Notes under the pieces: model-generated
Databases searched by the model: none
What the model saw: the letters and a program-made list of their open reading frames with translations, nothing else
What the model was told of the DNA's origin: nothing
DNA from: Eledone cirrhosa
Lineage: Eukaryota
Direction of reading: 5' to 3'
NCBI GenBank assembly: GCA_964016885.1
Contig: OZ024759.1
Location: forward strand, 7,192,001 to 7,256,000
DNA length: 64,000 nt
Translations under genes and position numbers: made by a program
Shown: one piece after another, positions 12,685-27,121 of the stretch
Numbering within the stretch: the stretch's first letter is position 1
Layout of the letters: each line of letters opens with the position of its first letter

Positions 12685-13822
12685 TTGTTGTTACTGCTGT
12701 TGTTGTTGTTACTGTTGTTGTTGTTGTTGTTACTGTTGTGGTTGTTGTTGTTGTTACTGTTGTGGTTGTGGTTGTTGTTGTTGTTACTGTTGTTGTTGTT
12801 ACTGTTGTGGTTGTTGTTGTTACTGTTGTTGTTACTGTTGTTGTTGTGGTTGTTACTGTTGTGGTTGTTGTTGTTGTTACTGTTGTGGTTGTTGTTACTG
12901 TTGTGGTTGTTGTTGTTGTTACTGTTGTGGTTGTTGTTACTGTTGTGGTTGTTGTTGTTACTGTTGTGGTGGTTGTTGTTGTTGTTGTTGTTACTGTTGT
13001 GGTGGTTGTTGTTGTTGTTGTTGTTACTGTTGTGGTTGTTGTTGTTGTTACTGTTGTGGTTGTTGTTGTTACTGTTGTTGTTGTTGTTACTGCTGTTGTT
13101 GTTACTGTTGTGGTTGTTGTTACTGTTGTTGTTGCTGTTGTTGTTGCTGTTGTGGTTGTTGTTGTTGTTGTTGTTACTGTTGTGGTTGTTGTTGCTGCTG
13201 TTGTTGTTGTTACTGTTGTGGTTGTTGTTGCTGTTGTGGTTGTTGTTACTGTTGTTGTTGTTGTTGTTGTTGTTGCTGTTGTGGTTGTTGTTGTTGTTGT
13301 TACTGTTGTTGTTGTTGTTGTTACTGTTGTGGTTGTTGTTGTTACTGTTGTGGTTGTTGTTGCTGCTGTTGTTGTTGTTACTGTTGTTGTTGTTGTTGTG
13401 GTTGTTACTGTTGTGGTTGTTGTTGCTGTTGTGGTTGTTGTTGTGGTTGTTACTGTTGTGGTTGTTGTTGCTGTTGTGGTTGTTGTTGCTGTTGTGGTTG
13501 TTGTTACTGTTGTTGTTGTTGTTGTGGTTGTTACTGTTGTGGTTGTTGTTGCTGTTGTTGTTGTTGTTGTTGTTACTGTTGTGGTTGTTGTTGCTGTTGT
13601 TGTTGTTGTTGTTACTGGTGTGGTTGTTGTTGTTGTTGTTGTTACTGTTGTTGTTGTTGTTACTGTTGTGGTTGTTGTTACTGTTGTGGTTGTTGTTGCT
13701 GTTGTTGTTACCGTTGTGGTTGTTGTTGTTACTGTTGTTGTTACTGTTGTGGTTGTTGTTGTTGTTGTTACTGTTGTTGTTACTGTTGTTGTTGTTACTG
13801 GTGTTTCTATAGTGGTTGTTGT
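12685..13822. repeat. Compound trinucleotide microsatellite (GTT)n with ACT/GCT/GTG interruptions
   Basis: Seen directly; starts a few bases after the exon A donor. Confidence 0.98.
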
Positions 13823-13842
13823 ATTACTACACACTCATACTG

Positions 13843-14438
13843 CCACTCCACTCTCTCTCAACTCCCACTCCACTCTCTCTCAACTCCCACTCCACTCTCT
13901 CTCAACTCCCACTCCACTCTCTCTCAACTCCCACTCCTGTCTCTCTCTCAACTCCCACTCCTGTCTCTCTCTCAACTCCCTCTCCACTCTCTCTCAACTC
14001 CCACTCCACTCTCTCTCAACTCCCACTCCACTCTCTCTCAACTCCCTCTCCACTCTCTCTCAACTCCCACTCCACTCTCTCTCAACTCCCACTCCACTCT
14101 CTCTCTCTCAACTCCCACTCCACTCTCTCTCTCAACTCCCTCTCCACTCTCTCAACTCCCTCTCCACTCTCTCTCAACTCCCACTCCTCTTTCTCAACTC
14201 CCACTCCACTCTCTCTCAACTCCCACTCCACTCTCTCTCAACTCCCACTCCACTCTCTCTCAACTCCGTCAAACTCTCTCTCAACTCCCACTCCACTCTC
14301 AACTCCCACTCCACTCTCTCAACTCCCACTCCACTCTCTCTCAACTCCCTCTCCACTCTCTCTCAACTCCCACTCCACTCTCTCTCAACTCCCACTCCAC
14401 TCTCTCTCAACTCCCACTCCACTCTCACTCCCACTCCT
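13843..14438. repeat. ~22-bp C/T-rich minisatellite (actcccactccactctctctca) running into the exon B acceptor
   Basis: Seen directly; roughly 27 units by length/period; no AG dinucleotide seen. Confidence 0.95.
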
Positions 14439-14448
14439 CTATTTACAG

Positions 14449-14511
14449 GTACTGGGAAGAATACAACCAATGTAAACGTGAACTTCACCAGTTTCAAGAT
14501 GATCAAAGAAG
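14449..14511 (+). CDS. BECN1: Beclin-1 exon B (coiled coil), 63 nt, phase 2/2
   Basis: tttacAG at 14447-14448, GTtagt at 14512. (K)YWEEYNQCKRELHQFQDDQR(S) aligns to human [21 protein letters not shown]. Confidence 0.92.
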
Positions 14512-14569
14512 GTTAGTAGTGGTAGTAGTGGTGGTGGTAGTGGTAGTAGTGGTGGTGGTAGTGGTGGTG

Positions 14570-17500
14570 GTCTCTCTCTCCTCTCTCACCACAGTGTCAC
14601 CCTACACCCCAATGTCAACTCTATATCTCTCCTCTCTCACCACAGTGTCACCCTACACCCCAATGTCAACTCTATATCTCCCCTCTCTCACCACAGTGTC
14701 ACCCTACACCCCAATGTCAACTCTATATCTCCCCTCTCTCACCACAGTGTCACCCTACACCCCAATGTCAACTCTATATCTCTCCTCTCTCACCACAGTG
14801 TCACCCTACACCCCAATGTCAACTCTATATCTCTCCTCTCTCACCACAGTGTCACCCTACACCCCAATGTCAACTCTATATCTCTCCTCTCTCACCACAG
14901 TGTCACCCTACACCCCAATGTCAACTCTATATCTCTCCTCTCTCACCACAGTGTCACCCTACACCCCAATGTCAGCTCTATATCTCCCCTCTCTCACCAC
15001 AGTGTCACCCTACACCCCAATGTCAACTCTATATCTCTCCCCCCTCACCACAGTGTCACCCTACACCCCAATGTCAACTCTATATCTCCCCCCCTCACCA
15101 CAGTGTCACCCTACACCCCAATGTCAACTCTATATCTCCCCCCCTCACCACAGTGTCACCCTACACCCCAATGTCAACTCTATATCTCTCCCCCCTCACC
15201 ACAGTGTCACCCTACACCCCAATGTCAACTCTATATCTCCCCCCCTCTCACCACAGTGTCACCCTACACCCCAATGTCAACTCTATATCTCCCCCCTCTC
15301 ACCACAGTGTCACCCTACACCCCAATGTCAACTCTATATCTCCCCTCTCTCACCACAGTGTCACCCTACACCCCAATGTCAACTCTATATCTCTCCCCCC
15401 TCACCACAGTGTCACCCAACACCCCAATGTCAACTCTATATCTCTCCTCTCTCACCACAGTGTCACCCTACACCCCAATGTCAACTCTATATCTCCTCCC
15501 TCTCACCACAGTGTCACCTTACACCCCAATGTCAACTGTCTCTCTCTCCCCTCTCTCACCACAGTGTCACCCTACACCCCAATGTCAACTCTATATCTCC
15601 CCTCTCTCACCACAGTGTCACCCTACACCCCAATATCAACTCTATATCTCCTCTCTCACCACAGTGTCACCCTACACCCCAATGTCAACTCTATATCTCC
15701 CCCCCCTCACCAGAGTGTCACCCTACACCCCAATGTCAACTCTATATCTCTCCTCTCTCACCACAGTGTCACCCTACACCCCAATGTGAACTCTATATCT
15801 CTCCTCTCTCACCACAGTGTCACCCTACACCCCAATGTCAACTATATATCTCTCCCCCTCACCACAGTGTCACCCTACACCCCAATGTCAACTCTATACC
15901 TCCCCTCTCTCACCACAGTGTCACCCTACATCCCAATGTCAACTCTATATCTCCCCTCTCTCACCACAGTGTCACCCTACACCCCAATGTCAACTCTATA
16001 TCTCCCCTCTCTCACCACAGTGTCACCCTACACCCCAATATCAACTCTATATCTCCCCCCCTCACCACAGTGTCACCCTACACCCCAATGTCAACTCTAT
16101 ATCTCCCCCCCTCACCACAGTGTCACCCTACACCCCAATGTCAACTCTATATCTCTCCTCTCTCACCACAGTGTCACCCTACACCCCAATGTCAACTCTA
16201 TATCTCCCCCCCTCACCACAGTGTCACCCTACACCCCAATGTCAACTCTATATCTCCCCCCCTCACCACAGTGTCACCCTACACCCCAATGTCAACTCTA
16301 TATCTCTCCCCCCTCACCACAGTGTCACCCTACACCCCAATGTCAACTCTATATCTCCCCCCTCTCACCACAGTGTCACCCTACACCCCAATGTCAACTC
16401 TATATCTCCCCCCTCTCACCACAGTGTCACCCTACACCCCAATGTCAACTCTATATCTCCCCTCTCTCACCACAGTGTCACCCTACACCCCAATGTCAAC
16501 TCTATATCTCCCCCCCCTCACCACAGTGTCACCCAACACCCCAATGTCAACTCTATATCTCTCCTCTCTCACCACAGTGTCACCCTACACCCCAATGTCA
16601 ACTCTATATCTCCTCCCTCTCACCACAGTGTCACCTTACACCCCAATGTCAACTGTCTCTCTCTCCCCTCTCTCACCACAGTGTCACCCTACACCCCAAT
16701 GTCAACTCTATATCTCCCCTCTCTCACCACAGTGTCACCCTACACCCCAATATCAACTCTATATCTCCTCTCTCACCACAGTGTCACCCTACACCCCAAT
16801 GTCAACTCTATATCTCCCCCCCTCACCAGAGTGTCACCCTACACCCCAATGTCAACTCTATATCTCTCCTCTCTCACCACAGTGTCACCCTACACCCCAA
16901 TGTCAACTCTATATCTCTCCTCTCTCACCACAGTGTCACCCTACACCCCAATGTCAACTGTCTCTCTCTCCCCTCTCTCACCACAGTGTCACCCTACACC
17001 CCAATGTCAACTCTATATCTCCCCTCTCTCACCACAGTGTCACCCTACACCCCAATATCAACTCTATATCTCCTCTCTCACCACAGTGTCACCCTACACC
17101 CCAATGTCAACTCTATATCTCCCCCCCTCACCAGAGTGTCACCCTACACCCCAATGTCAACTCTATATCTCTCCTCTCTCACCACAGTGTCACCCTACAC
17201 CCCAATGTCAACTCTATATCTCTCCTCTCTCACCACAGTGTCACCCTACACCCCAATGTCAACTCTATACCTCCCCTCTCTCACCACAGTGTCACCCTAC
17301 ACCCCAATGTCAACTCTATATCTCTCCTCTCTCACCACAGTGTCACCCTACACCCCAATGTCAACTCTATATCTCCCCTCTCTCACCACAGTGTCACCCT
17401 ACACCCCAATATCAACTCTATATCTCCTCTCTCACTACAGTGTCACCCTACACCCCAATGTCAACTCTATACCTCCCCTCTCTCACCACAGTGTCACCCT

Positions 17501-20500
17501 ACACCCCAATGTCAACTCTATATCTCCCCCCCTCACCACATTGTCACCCTACACCCCAATGTCAACTGTCTCTCCCCCCTCACCACAGTGTCACCCAACA
17601 CCCCAATGTCAACTCTATATCTCTCCCCTCTCACCACAGTGTCACCCTACACCCCAATGTCAACTCTATATCTCTCTTCTCTCACCACAGTGTCACCCTA
17701 CACCCCAATGTCAACTCTATATCTCTCCCCCTCACCACAGTGTCACCCTACACCCCAATGTCAACTCTATACCTCCCCTCTCTCACCACAGTGTCACCCT
17801 ACATCCCAATGTCAACTCTATATCTCCCCTCTCTCACCACAGTGTCACCCTACACCCCAATGTCAACTCTATATCTCCCCTCTCTCACCACAGTGTCACC
17901 CTACACCCCAATATCAACTCTATATCTCCCCCCCTCACCACAGTGTCACCCTACACCCCAATGTCAACTCTATATCTCCCCCCCTCACCACAGTGTCACC
18001 CTACACCCCAATGTCAACTCTATATCTCTCCTCTCTCACCACAGTGTCACCCTACACCCCAATGTCAACTCTATATCTCCCCCCCTCACCACAGTGTCAC
18101 CCTACACCCCAATGTCAACTCTATATCTCCCCCCTCACCACAGTGTCACCCTACACCCCAATGTCAACTCTATATCTCTCCCCCCTCACCACAGTGTCAC
18201 CCTACACCCCAATGTCAACTCTATATCTCCCCCCTCTCACCACAGTGTCACCCTACACCCCAATGTCAACTCTATATCTCCCCCCTCTCACCACAGTGTC
18301 ACCCTACACCCCAATGTCAACTCTATATCTCCCCTCTCTCACCACAGTGTCACCCTACACCCCAATGTCAACTCTATATCTCCCCCCCCTCACCACAGTG
18401 TCACCCAACACCCCAATGTCAACTCTATATCTCTCCTCTCTCACCACAGTGTCACCCTACACCCCAATGTCAACTCTATATCTCCTCCCTCTCACCACAG
18501 TGTCACCTTACACCCCAATGTCAACTGTCTCTCTCTCCCCTCTCTCACCACAGTGTCACCCTACACCCCAATGTCAACTCTATATCTCCCCTCTCTCACC
18601 ACAGTGTCACCCTACACCCCAATATCAACTCTATATCTCCTCTCTCACCACAGTGTCACCCTACACCCCAATGTCAACTCTATATCTCCCCCCCTCACCA
18701 GAGTGTCACCCTACACCCCAATGTCAACTCTATATCTCTCCTCTCTCACCACAGTGTCACCCTACACCCCAATGTCAACTCTATATCTCTCCTCTCTCAC
18801 CACAGTGTCACCCTACACCCCAATGTCAACTGTCTCTCTCTCCCCTCTCTCACCACAGTGTCACCCTACACCCCAATGTCAACTCTATATCTCCCCTCTC
18901 TCACCACAGTGTCACCCTACACCCCAATATCAACTCTATATCTCCTCTCTCACCACAGTGTCACCCTACACCCCAATGTCAACTCTATATCTCCCCCCCT
19001 CACCAGAGTGTCACCCTACACCCCAATGTCAACTCTATATCTCTCCTCTCTCACCACAGTGTCACCCTACACCCCAATGTCAACTCTATATCTCTCCTCT
19101 CTCACCACAGTGTCACCCTACACCCCAATGTCAACTCTATACCTCCCCTCTCTCACCACAGTGTCACCCTACACCCCAATGTCAACTCTATATCTCTCCT
19201 CTCTCACCACAGTGTCACCCTACACCCCAATGTCAACTCTATATCTCCCCTCTCTCACCACAGTGTCACCCTACACCCCAATATCAACTCTATATCTCCT
19301 CTCTCACTACAGTGTCACCCTACACCCCAATGTCAACTCTATACCTCCCCTCTCTCACCACAGTGTCACCCTACACCCCAATGTCAACTCTATATCTCCC
19401 CCCCTCACCACATTGTCACCCTACACCCCAATGTCAACTGTCTCTCCCCCCTCACCACAGTGTCACCCAACACCCCAATGTCAACTCTATATCTCTCCCC
19501 TCTCACCACAGTGTCACCCTACACCCCAATGTCAACTCTATATCTCTCCTCTCTCACCACAGTGTCACCCTACACCCCAATGTCAACTCTATATCTCTCC
19601 CCCCTCACCACAGTGTCACCCAACACCCCAATGTCAACTCTATATCTCTCCCCCCTCACCACAGTGTCACCCTACACCCCAATGTCAACTCTATATCTCC
19701 CCCCCTCACCACAGTGTCACCCTACACCCCAATGTCAACTCTATATCTCTCCCCCCTCACCACAGTGTCACCCTACACCTCAATGTCAACTCTATATCTC
19801 CCCCCCTCACCACAGTGTCACCCTACACCCCAATGTCAACTCTATATCTCTCCCCCCTCACCACAGTGTCACCCTACACCCCAATGTCAACTCTATATCT
19901 CCTCTCACACCACAGTGTCACCCTACACCCCAATGTCAACTCTATATCTCTCCTCTCTCACCACAGTGTCACCCTACACCCCAATGTCAACTCTATATCT
20001 CTCCTCTCTCACCACAGTGTCACCCTACACCCCAATGTCAACTCTATATCTCCCCTCTCTCACCACAGTGTCACCCTACACCCCAATGTCAACTCTATAT
20101 CTCCCCTCTCTCACCACAGTGTCACCCTACACCCCAATGTCAACTCTATATCTCCCCTCTCTCACCACAGTGTCACCCTACACCCCAATGTCAACTCTAT
20201 ATCTCCCCTCTCTCACCACAGTGTCACCCTACACCCCAATGTCAACTCTATATCTCTCCCCCCTCACCACAGTGTCACCCTACACCCCAATGTCAACTCT
20301 ATATCTCTCCCCCCTCACCACAGTGTCACCCTACACCCCAATGTCAACTCTATATCTCCCCTCTCTCACCACAGTGTCACCCTACACCCCAATGTCAACT
20401 CTATATCTCCCCCCCCTCACCACAGTGTCACCCTACACCCCAATGTCAACTCTATATCTCTCCCCCCTCACCACAGTGTCACCCTACACCCCAATGTCAA

Positions 20501-23500
20501 CTCTATATCTCTCCCCCCTCACCACAGTGTCACCCTACACCCCAATGTCAACTCTATATCTCTCTTCTCTCACCACAGTGTCACCCTACACCCCAATGTC
20601 AACTCTATATCTCTCCCCCCTCACCACAGTGTCACCCTACACCCCAATGTCAACTCTATACCTCCCCTCTCTCACCACAGTGTCACCCTACACCCCAATG
20701 TCAACTCTATATCTCTCCTCTCTCACCACAGTGTCACCCTACACCCCAATGTCAACTCTATATCTCTCTCCTCTCACCACAGTGTCACCCTACACCCCAA
20801 TGTCAACTCTATACCTCCCCTCTCTCACCACAGTGTCACCCTACACCCCAATGTCAACTCTATATCTCCTCTCTCACCACAGTGTCACCCTACACCCCAA
20901 TGTCAACTCTATACCTCCCCTCTCTCACCACAGTGTCACCCTACACCCCAATGTCAACTCTATATCTCTCCTCTCTCACCACAGTGTCACCCTACACCCC
21001 AATGTCAACTCTATATCTCTCCTCTCTCACCACAGTGTCACCCTACACCCCAATGTCAACTCTATATATCTCCTCTCTCACCACAGTGTCACCCTACACC
21101 CCAATGTCAACTCTATATCTCCCCCCCTCACCACAGTGTCACCCTACACCCCAATGTCAACTCTATATCTCCCCCCCTCACCACAGTGTCACCCTACACC
21201 CCAATGTCAACTCTATATCTCTCCTCTCTCACCACAGTGTCACCCTACACCCCAATGTCAACTGTCTCTCCCCTCTCTCACCACAGTGTCACCCTACACC
21301 CCAATGTCAACTCTATATCTCCCCCCCTCACCACAGTGTCACCCTACACCCCAATGTCAACTCTATATCTCCCCCCCTCACCACAGTGTCACCCTACACC
21401 CCAATGTCAACTCTATATCTCCCCCCCTCTCACCACAGTGTCACCCTACACCCCAATGTCAACTCTATATCTCCCCCCCTCTCACCACAGTGTCACCCTA
21501 CACCCCAATGTCAACTCTATATCTCCCCCCTCTCACCACAGTGTCACCCTACACCCCAATGTCAACTCTATATCTCTCCTCCCTCACCACAGTGTCACCC
21601 TACACCCCAATGTCAACTCTATATCTCCCCCCTCTCACCACAGTGTCACCCTACACCCCAATGTCAACTCTATATCTCCCCCCTCTCACCACAGTGTCAC
21701 CCTACACCCCAATATCAACTCTATATCTCTCCTCTCTCACCACAGTGTCACCCTACACCCCAATGTCAACTCTATACCTCCCCCCTCTCACCACAGTGTC
21801 ACCCTACACCCCAATGTCAACTCTATATCTCCCCCCCTCACCACAGTGTCACCCTAAACCCCAATGCCAACTCTATATCTCCTCTCTCACCACAGTGTCA
21901 CCCTACACCCCAATGTCAACTCTATATCTCCCCCCCTCACCACAGTGTCACCCTACACCCCAATGTCAACTCTATATCTCCTCTCTCACCACAGTGTCAC
22001 CCTACACCCCAATGTCAACTCTATATCTCTCCTCTCTCACCACAGTGTCACCCTACACCCAATGTCAACTCTCTCTCACCACAGTGTCACCCTACACCCC
22101 AATGTCAACTCTATATCTCCCCTCTCTCACCACAGTGTCACCCTACACCCCAATGTCAACTCTATATCTCCTCTCTCACCACAGTGTCACCCTACACCCC
22201 AATGTCAACTCTATATCTCTCCTCTCTCACCACAGTGTCACCCTACACCCCAATGCCAACTCTATATCTCTCCCCTCTCACCACAGTGTCACCCTACACC
22301 CCAATGTCAACTCTATATCTCTCCTCTGTCACCACAGTGTCGCCCTACAACCCAATGTCAACTCTATATCTCTCCTCTCTCACCACAGTGTCACCCTACA
22401 CCCCAATGCCAACTCTATATCTCTCCTCTCTCACCACAGTGTCACCCTACACCCCAATGTCAAGTCTATATCTCCCCTCTCTCACCACAGTGTCACCCTA
22501 CACCCCAATGTCAACTCTATATCTCCCCCCCCTCACCACAGTGTCACCCTACACCCCAATGTCAACTCTATATCTCTCCTCTGTCACCACAGTGTCGCCC
22601 TACAACCCAATGTCAACTCTATATCTCTCCTCTCTCACCACAGTGTCACCCTACACCCCAATGTCAACTCTATATCTCCCCTCTCTCACCACAGTGTCAC
22701 CCTACACCCCAATGTCAACTCTATATCTCCCCCCCTCACCACAGTGTCACCCTACACCACAATGTCAACTCTCTCTCTCCCCGCTCTCACCACAGTGTCA
22801 CCCTACACCACAATGTCAACTCTATATCTCCCCTCTCTCACCACAGTGTCACCCTACACCCCAATGTCAACTCTATATCTCCCCTCTCTCACCACAGTGT
22901 CACCCTACACCCCAATGTCAACTCTATATCTCCCCTCTCTCACCACAGTGTCACCCTACACCCCAATGTCAACTCTATATCTCTCCTCTCTCACCACAGT
23001 GTCACCCTACACCCCAATGTCAACTCTATATCTCTCCCCTCTCACCACAGTGTCACCCTACACCCCAATGCCAACTCTAAATCTCTCCTCTCTCACCACA
23101 GTGTCACCCTACACCCCAATGTCAACTCTATATCTCTCCTCTCTCACCACAGTGTCACCCTACACCCCAATGTCAACTCTATATCTCCTCTCTCACCACA
23201 GTGTCACCCTACACCCCAATGCCAACTCTATATCTCTCCTCTCTCACCACAGTGTCACCCTACACCCCAATGTCAACTCTATATCTCCCCTCTCTCACCA
23301 CAGTGTCACCCTACACCCCAATGTCAACTCTATATCTCCCCCCCCTCACCACAGTGTCACCCTACACCCCAATGTCAACTCTATATCTCCCCCCCCCCTC
23401 ACCACAGTGTCACCCTACACCCCAATGTCAACTGTCTCTCTCTCTCCCCTCTCCACAGTGTCACCCTACACCCCAATGTCAACTTTATATCTCCCCCCCT

Positions 23501-26500
23501 CACCACAGTGTCACCCTACACCCCAATGTCAACTCTATATCTCTCCTCTCTCACCACAGTGTCACCCTACACCCCAATGTCAACTGTCTCTCTCTCTCCC
23601 CTCTCCACAGTGTCACCCTACATCCCAATGTCAACTCTATATCTCCCCTCTCTCACCACAGTGTCACCCTACACCCCAATGTCAACTCTATATCTCTCCT
23701 CTCTCACCACAGTGTCACCCTACACCCCAATGTGAACTGTCTCTCTCCCTTCTCTCACCACAGTGTCACCCTACACCCCAATATCAACTCTATATCTCTC
23801 CTCTCTCACCACAGTGTCACCCTACACCCCAATGTCAACTCTATATCTCCCCCCCTCACCACAGTGTCACCCTACACCCCAATGTCAACTCTATATCTCC
23901 TCTCTCACCACAGTGTCACCCTACACCCCCGTGTCAACTCTATATCTCCCCTCTCTCACCACAGTGTCACCCTACACCCCAATGTCAACTCTATATCTCC
24001 CCCCCTCACCACAGTGTCACCCTACACCCCAATGTCAACTCTATATCTCCTCTCTCACCACAGTGTCACCCTACACCACAATGTCAACTCTATATCTCCC
24101 CTCTCTCACCACAGTGTCACCCTACACCCCAATGTCAACTCTATATCTCCCCTCTCTCACCACAGTGTAACCCTACACCCCAATGTCAACTCTATATCTC
24201 CCCTCTCTCACCACAGTGTCACCCTACACCCCAATGTCAACTCTATATCTCCCCTCTCTCACCACAGTGTCACCCTACACCCCAATGTCAACTCTATATC
24301 TCCCCTCTCTCACCACAGTGTCACCCTACACACCAATGTCAACTCTATATCTCCCCTCTCTCACCACAGTGTCACCCTACACCCCAATGTCAACTCTATA
24401 TCTCCCCTCTCTCACCACAGTGTCACCCTACACCCCAATGTCAACTCCATATCTCTCCTCTCTCACCACAGTGTCACCCTACACCCCAATGTCAACTCTA
24501 TATCTCTCCCCTCTCACCACAGTGTCACCCTACACCCCAATGCCAACTCTATATCTCTCCTCTCTCACCACAGTGTCACCCTACACCCCAACGTCAACTC
24601 TATATCTCCCCTCTCTCACCACAGTGTCACCCTACACCCCAATGTCAACTCTATATCTCTCCTCTCTCACCACAGTGTCACCCTACACCCCAATATCAAC
24701 TCTATATCTCTCCTCTCTCACCACAGTGTCACCCTACACCCCAATGTCAACTCTATATCTCCCCCCCTCACCACAGTGTCACCCTACACCCCAATGTCAA
24801 CTCTATATCTCCTCTCTCACCACAGTGTCACCCTACACCCCAATGTCAACTCTATATCTCCTCTCTCACCACAGTGTCACCCTACACCCCAATGTCAACT
24901 CTATATCTCCCCCCCTCACCACAGTGTCACCCTACACCCCAATGTCAACTCTATATCTCCTCTCTCACCACAGTGTCACCCTACACCCCAATGTCAACTC
25001 TATATCTCCCCCCCTCACCACAGTGTCACCCTACACCCCAATGTCAACTCTATATCTCCCCTCTCTCACCACAGTGTCACCCTACACCCCAATATCAACT
25101 CTATATCTCTCTTCTCTCACCACAGTGTCACCCTACACCCCAATGTCAACTCTATATCTCCCCTCTCTCACCACAGTGTCACCCTACACCCCAATGTCAA
25201 CTCTATATCTCCCCTCTCTCACCACAGTGTCACCCTACACCCCAATATCAACTCTATATCTCTCCTCTCTCACCACAGTGTCCCCCTACACCCCAATGCC
25301 AACTCTATATCTCTCCTCTCTCACCACAGTGTCACCCTACACCCCAATATCAACTCTATATCTCTCCTCTCTCACCACAGTGTCACCCTACACCCCAATG
25401 TCAACTCTATATCTCCCCTCTCTCACCACAGTGTCACCCTACACCCCAATATCAACTCTATATCTCCCCTCTCTCACCACAGTGTCACCCTACACCCCAA
25501 TATCAACTCTATATCTCTCTTCTCTCACCACAGTGTCACCCTACACCCCAATGTCAACTCTATATCTCCCCTCTCTCACCACAGTGTCACCCTACACCCC
25601 AATGTCAACTCTATATCTCCCCCCTCTCACCACAGTGTCACCCTACACCCCAATGTCAACTCTATATCTCTCCTCTCTCACCACAGTGTCACCCTACACC
25701 CCAATGTCAACTCTATATCTCCCCTCTCTCACCACAGTGTCACCCTACACCCCAATATCAACTCTATATCTCTCCTCTCTCACCACAGTGTCACCCTACA
25801 CCCCAATGTCAACTCTATATCTCCCCTCTCTCACCACAGTGTCACCCTACACCCCAATGTCAACTCTCTCTCTCCCCCTCTCACCACAGTGTCACCCTAC
25901 ACCCCAATGTCAACTCTATATCTCTCCCCACTCACCACAGTGTCACCCTACACCCCAATGTCAACTCTATATCTCCCCTCTCTCACCACAGTGTCACCCT
26001 ACACCCCAATGTCAACTCTATATCTCCCCTCTCTCACCACAGTGTCACCCTACACCCCAATGTCAACTCTCTCTCTCCCCCTCTCACCACAGTGTCACCC
26101 TACACCCCAATGTCAACTCTATATCTCTCCTCTCTCACCACAGTGTCACCCTACACCCCAATGTCAACTCTATATCTCTCCTCTCTCACCACAGTGTCAC
26201 CCTACACCCCAATGTCAACTCTATATCTCTCCCCTCTCACCACAGTGTCACCCTACACCCCAATGTCAACTCTATATCTCTCCTCTCTCACCACAGTGTC
26301 ACCCTACACCCCAATGTCAACTCTATATCTCCCCTCTCTCACCACAGTGTCACCCTACACCCCAATATCAACTCTATATCTCTCCTCTCTCACCACAGTG
26401 TCACCCTACACCCCAATGTCAACTCTATATCTCCCCCCTCTCACCACAGTGTCACCCTACACCCCAATGTCAACTGTCTCTCCCCTCTCTCACCACAGTG

Positions 26501-27121
26501 TCACCCTACACCCCAATGTCAACTCTATATCTCTCCTCTCTCACCACAGTGTCACCCTACACCCCAATATCAACTCTATATCTCTCCTCTCTCACCACAG
26601 TGTCCCCCTACACCCCAATGCCAACTCTATATCTCTCCTCTCTCACCACAGTGTCACCCTACACCCCAATGTCAACTCTATATCTCCCCCCCTCACCACA
26701 GTGTCACCCTACACCCCAATGTCAACTGTCTCTCTCCCCTCTCTCACCACAGTGTCACCCTACACCCCAATGTCAACTCTATATCTCCCCTCTCTCACCA
26801 CAGTGTCACCCTACACCCCAATGTCAACTCTATATCTCTCCTCTCTCACCACAGTGTCACCCTACACCCCAATGTCAACTCTATATCTCTCCTCTCTCAC
26901 CACAGTGTCACCCTACACCCCAATGTCAACTCTATATCTCTCCCCTCTCACCACAGTGTCACCCTACACCCCAATGTCAACTTTATATCTCTCCTCTCTC
27001 ACCACAGTGTCACCCTACACCCCAATGTCAACTCTATATCTCTCCCCTCTCACCACAGTGTCACCCTACACCCCAATGTCAACTCTATATCTCTCCTCTC
27101 TCACCACAGTGTCACCCTACA
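14570..27121. repeat. 12.5-kb satellite, 49-53-bp units (mode 51): ctctctcaccacAG|tgtcaccctacaccccaatgtcaactctatatctccc
   Basis: Seen directly; about 245-250 units by length/period; last unit supplies the acceptor and first 12 nt of exon C. Confidence 0.98.

Noticed and set aside
12383-13834. Mucin-like poly-Thr, poly-Cys, poly-Val and poly-Leu ORFs
   Set aside because: Translations of the (GTT)n microsatellite.
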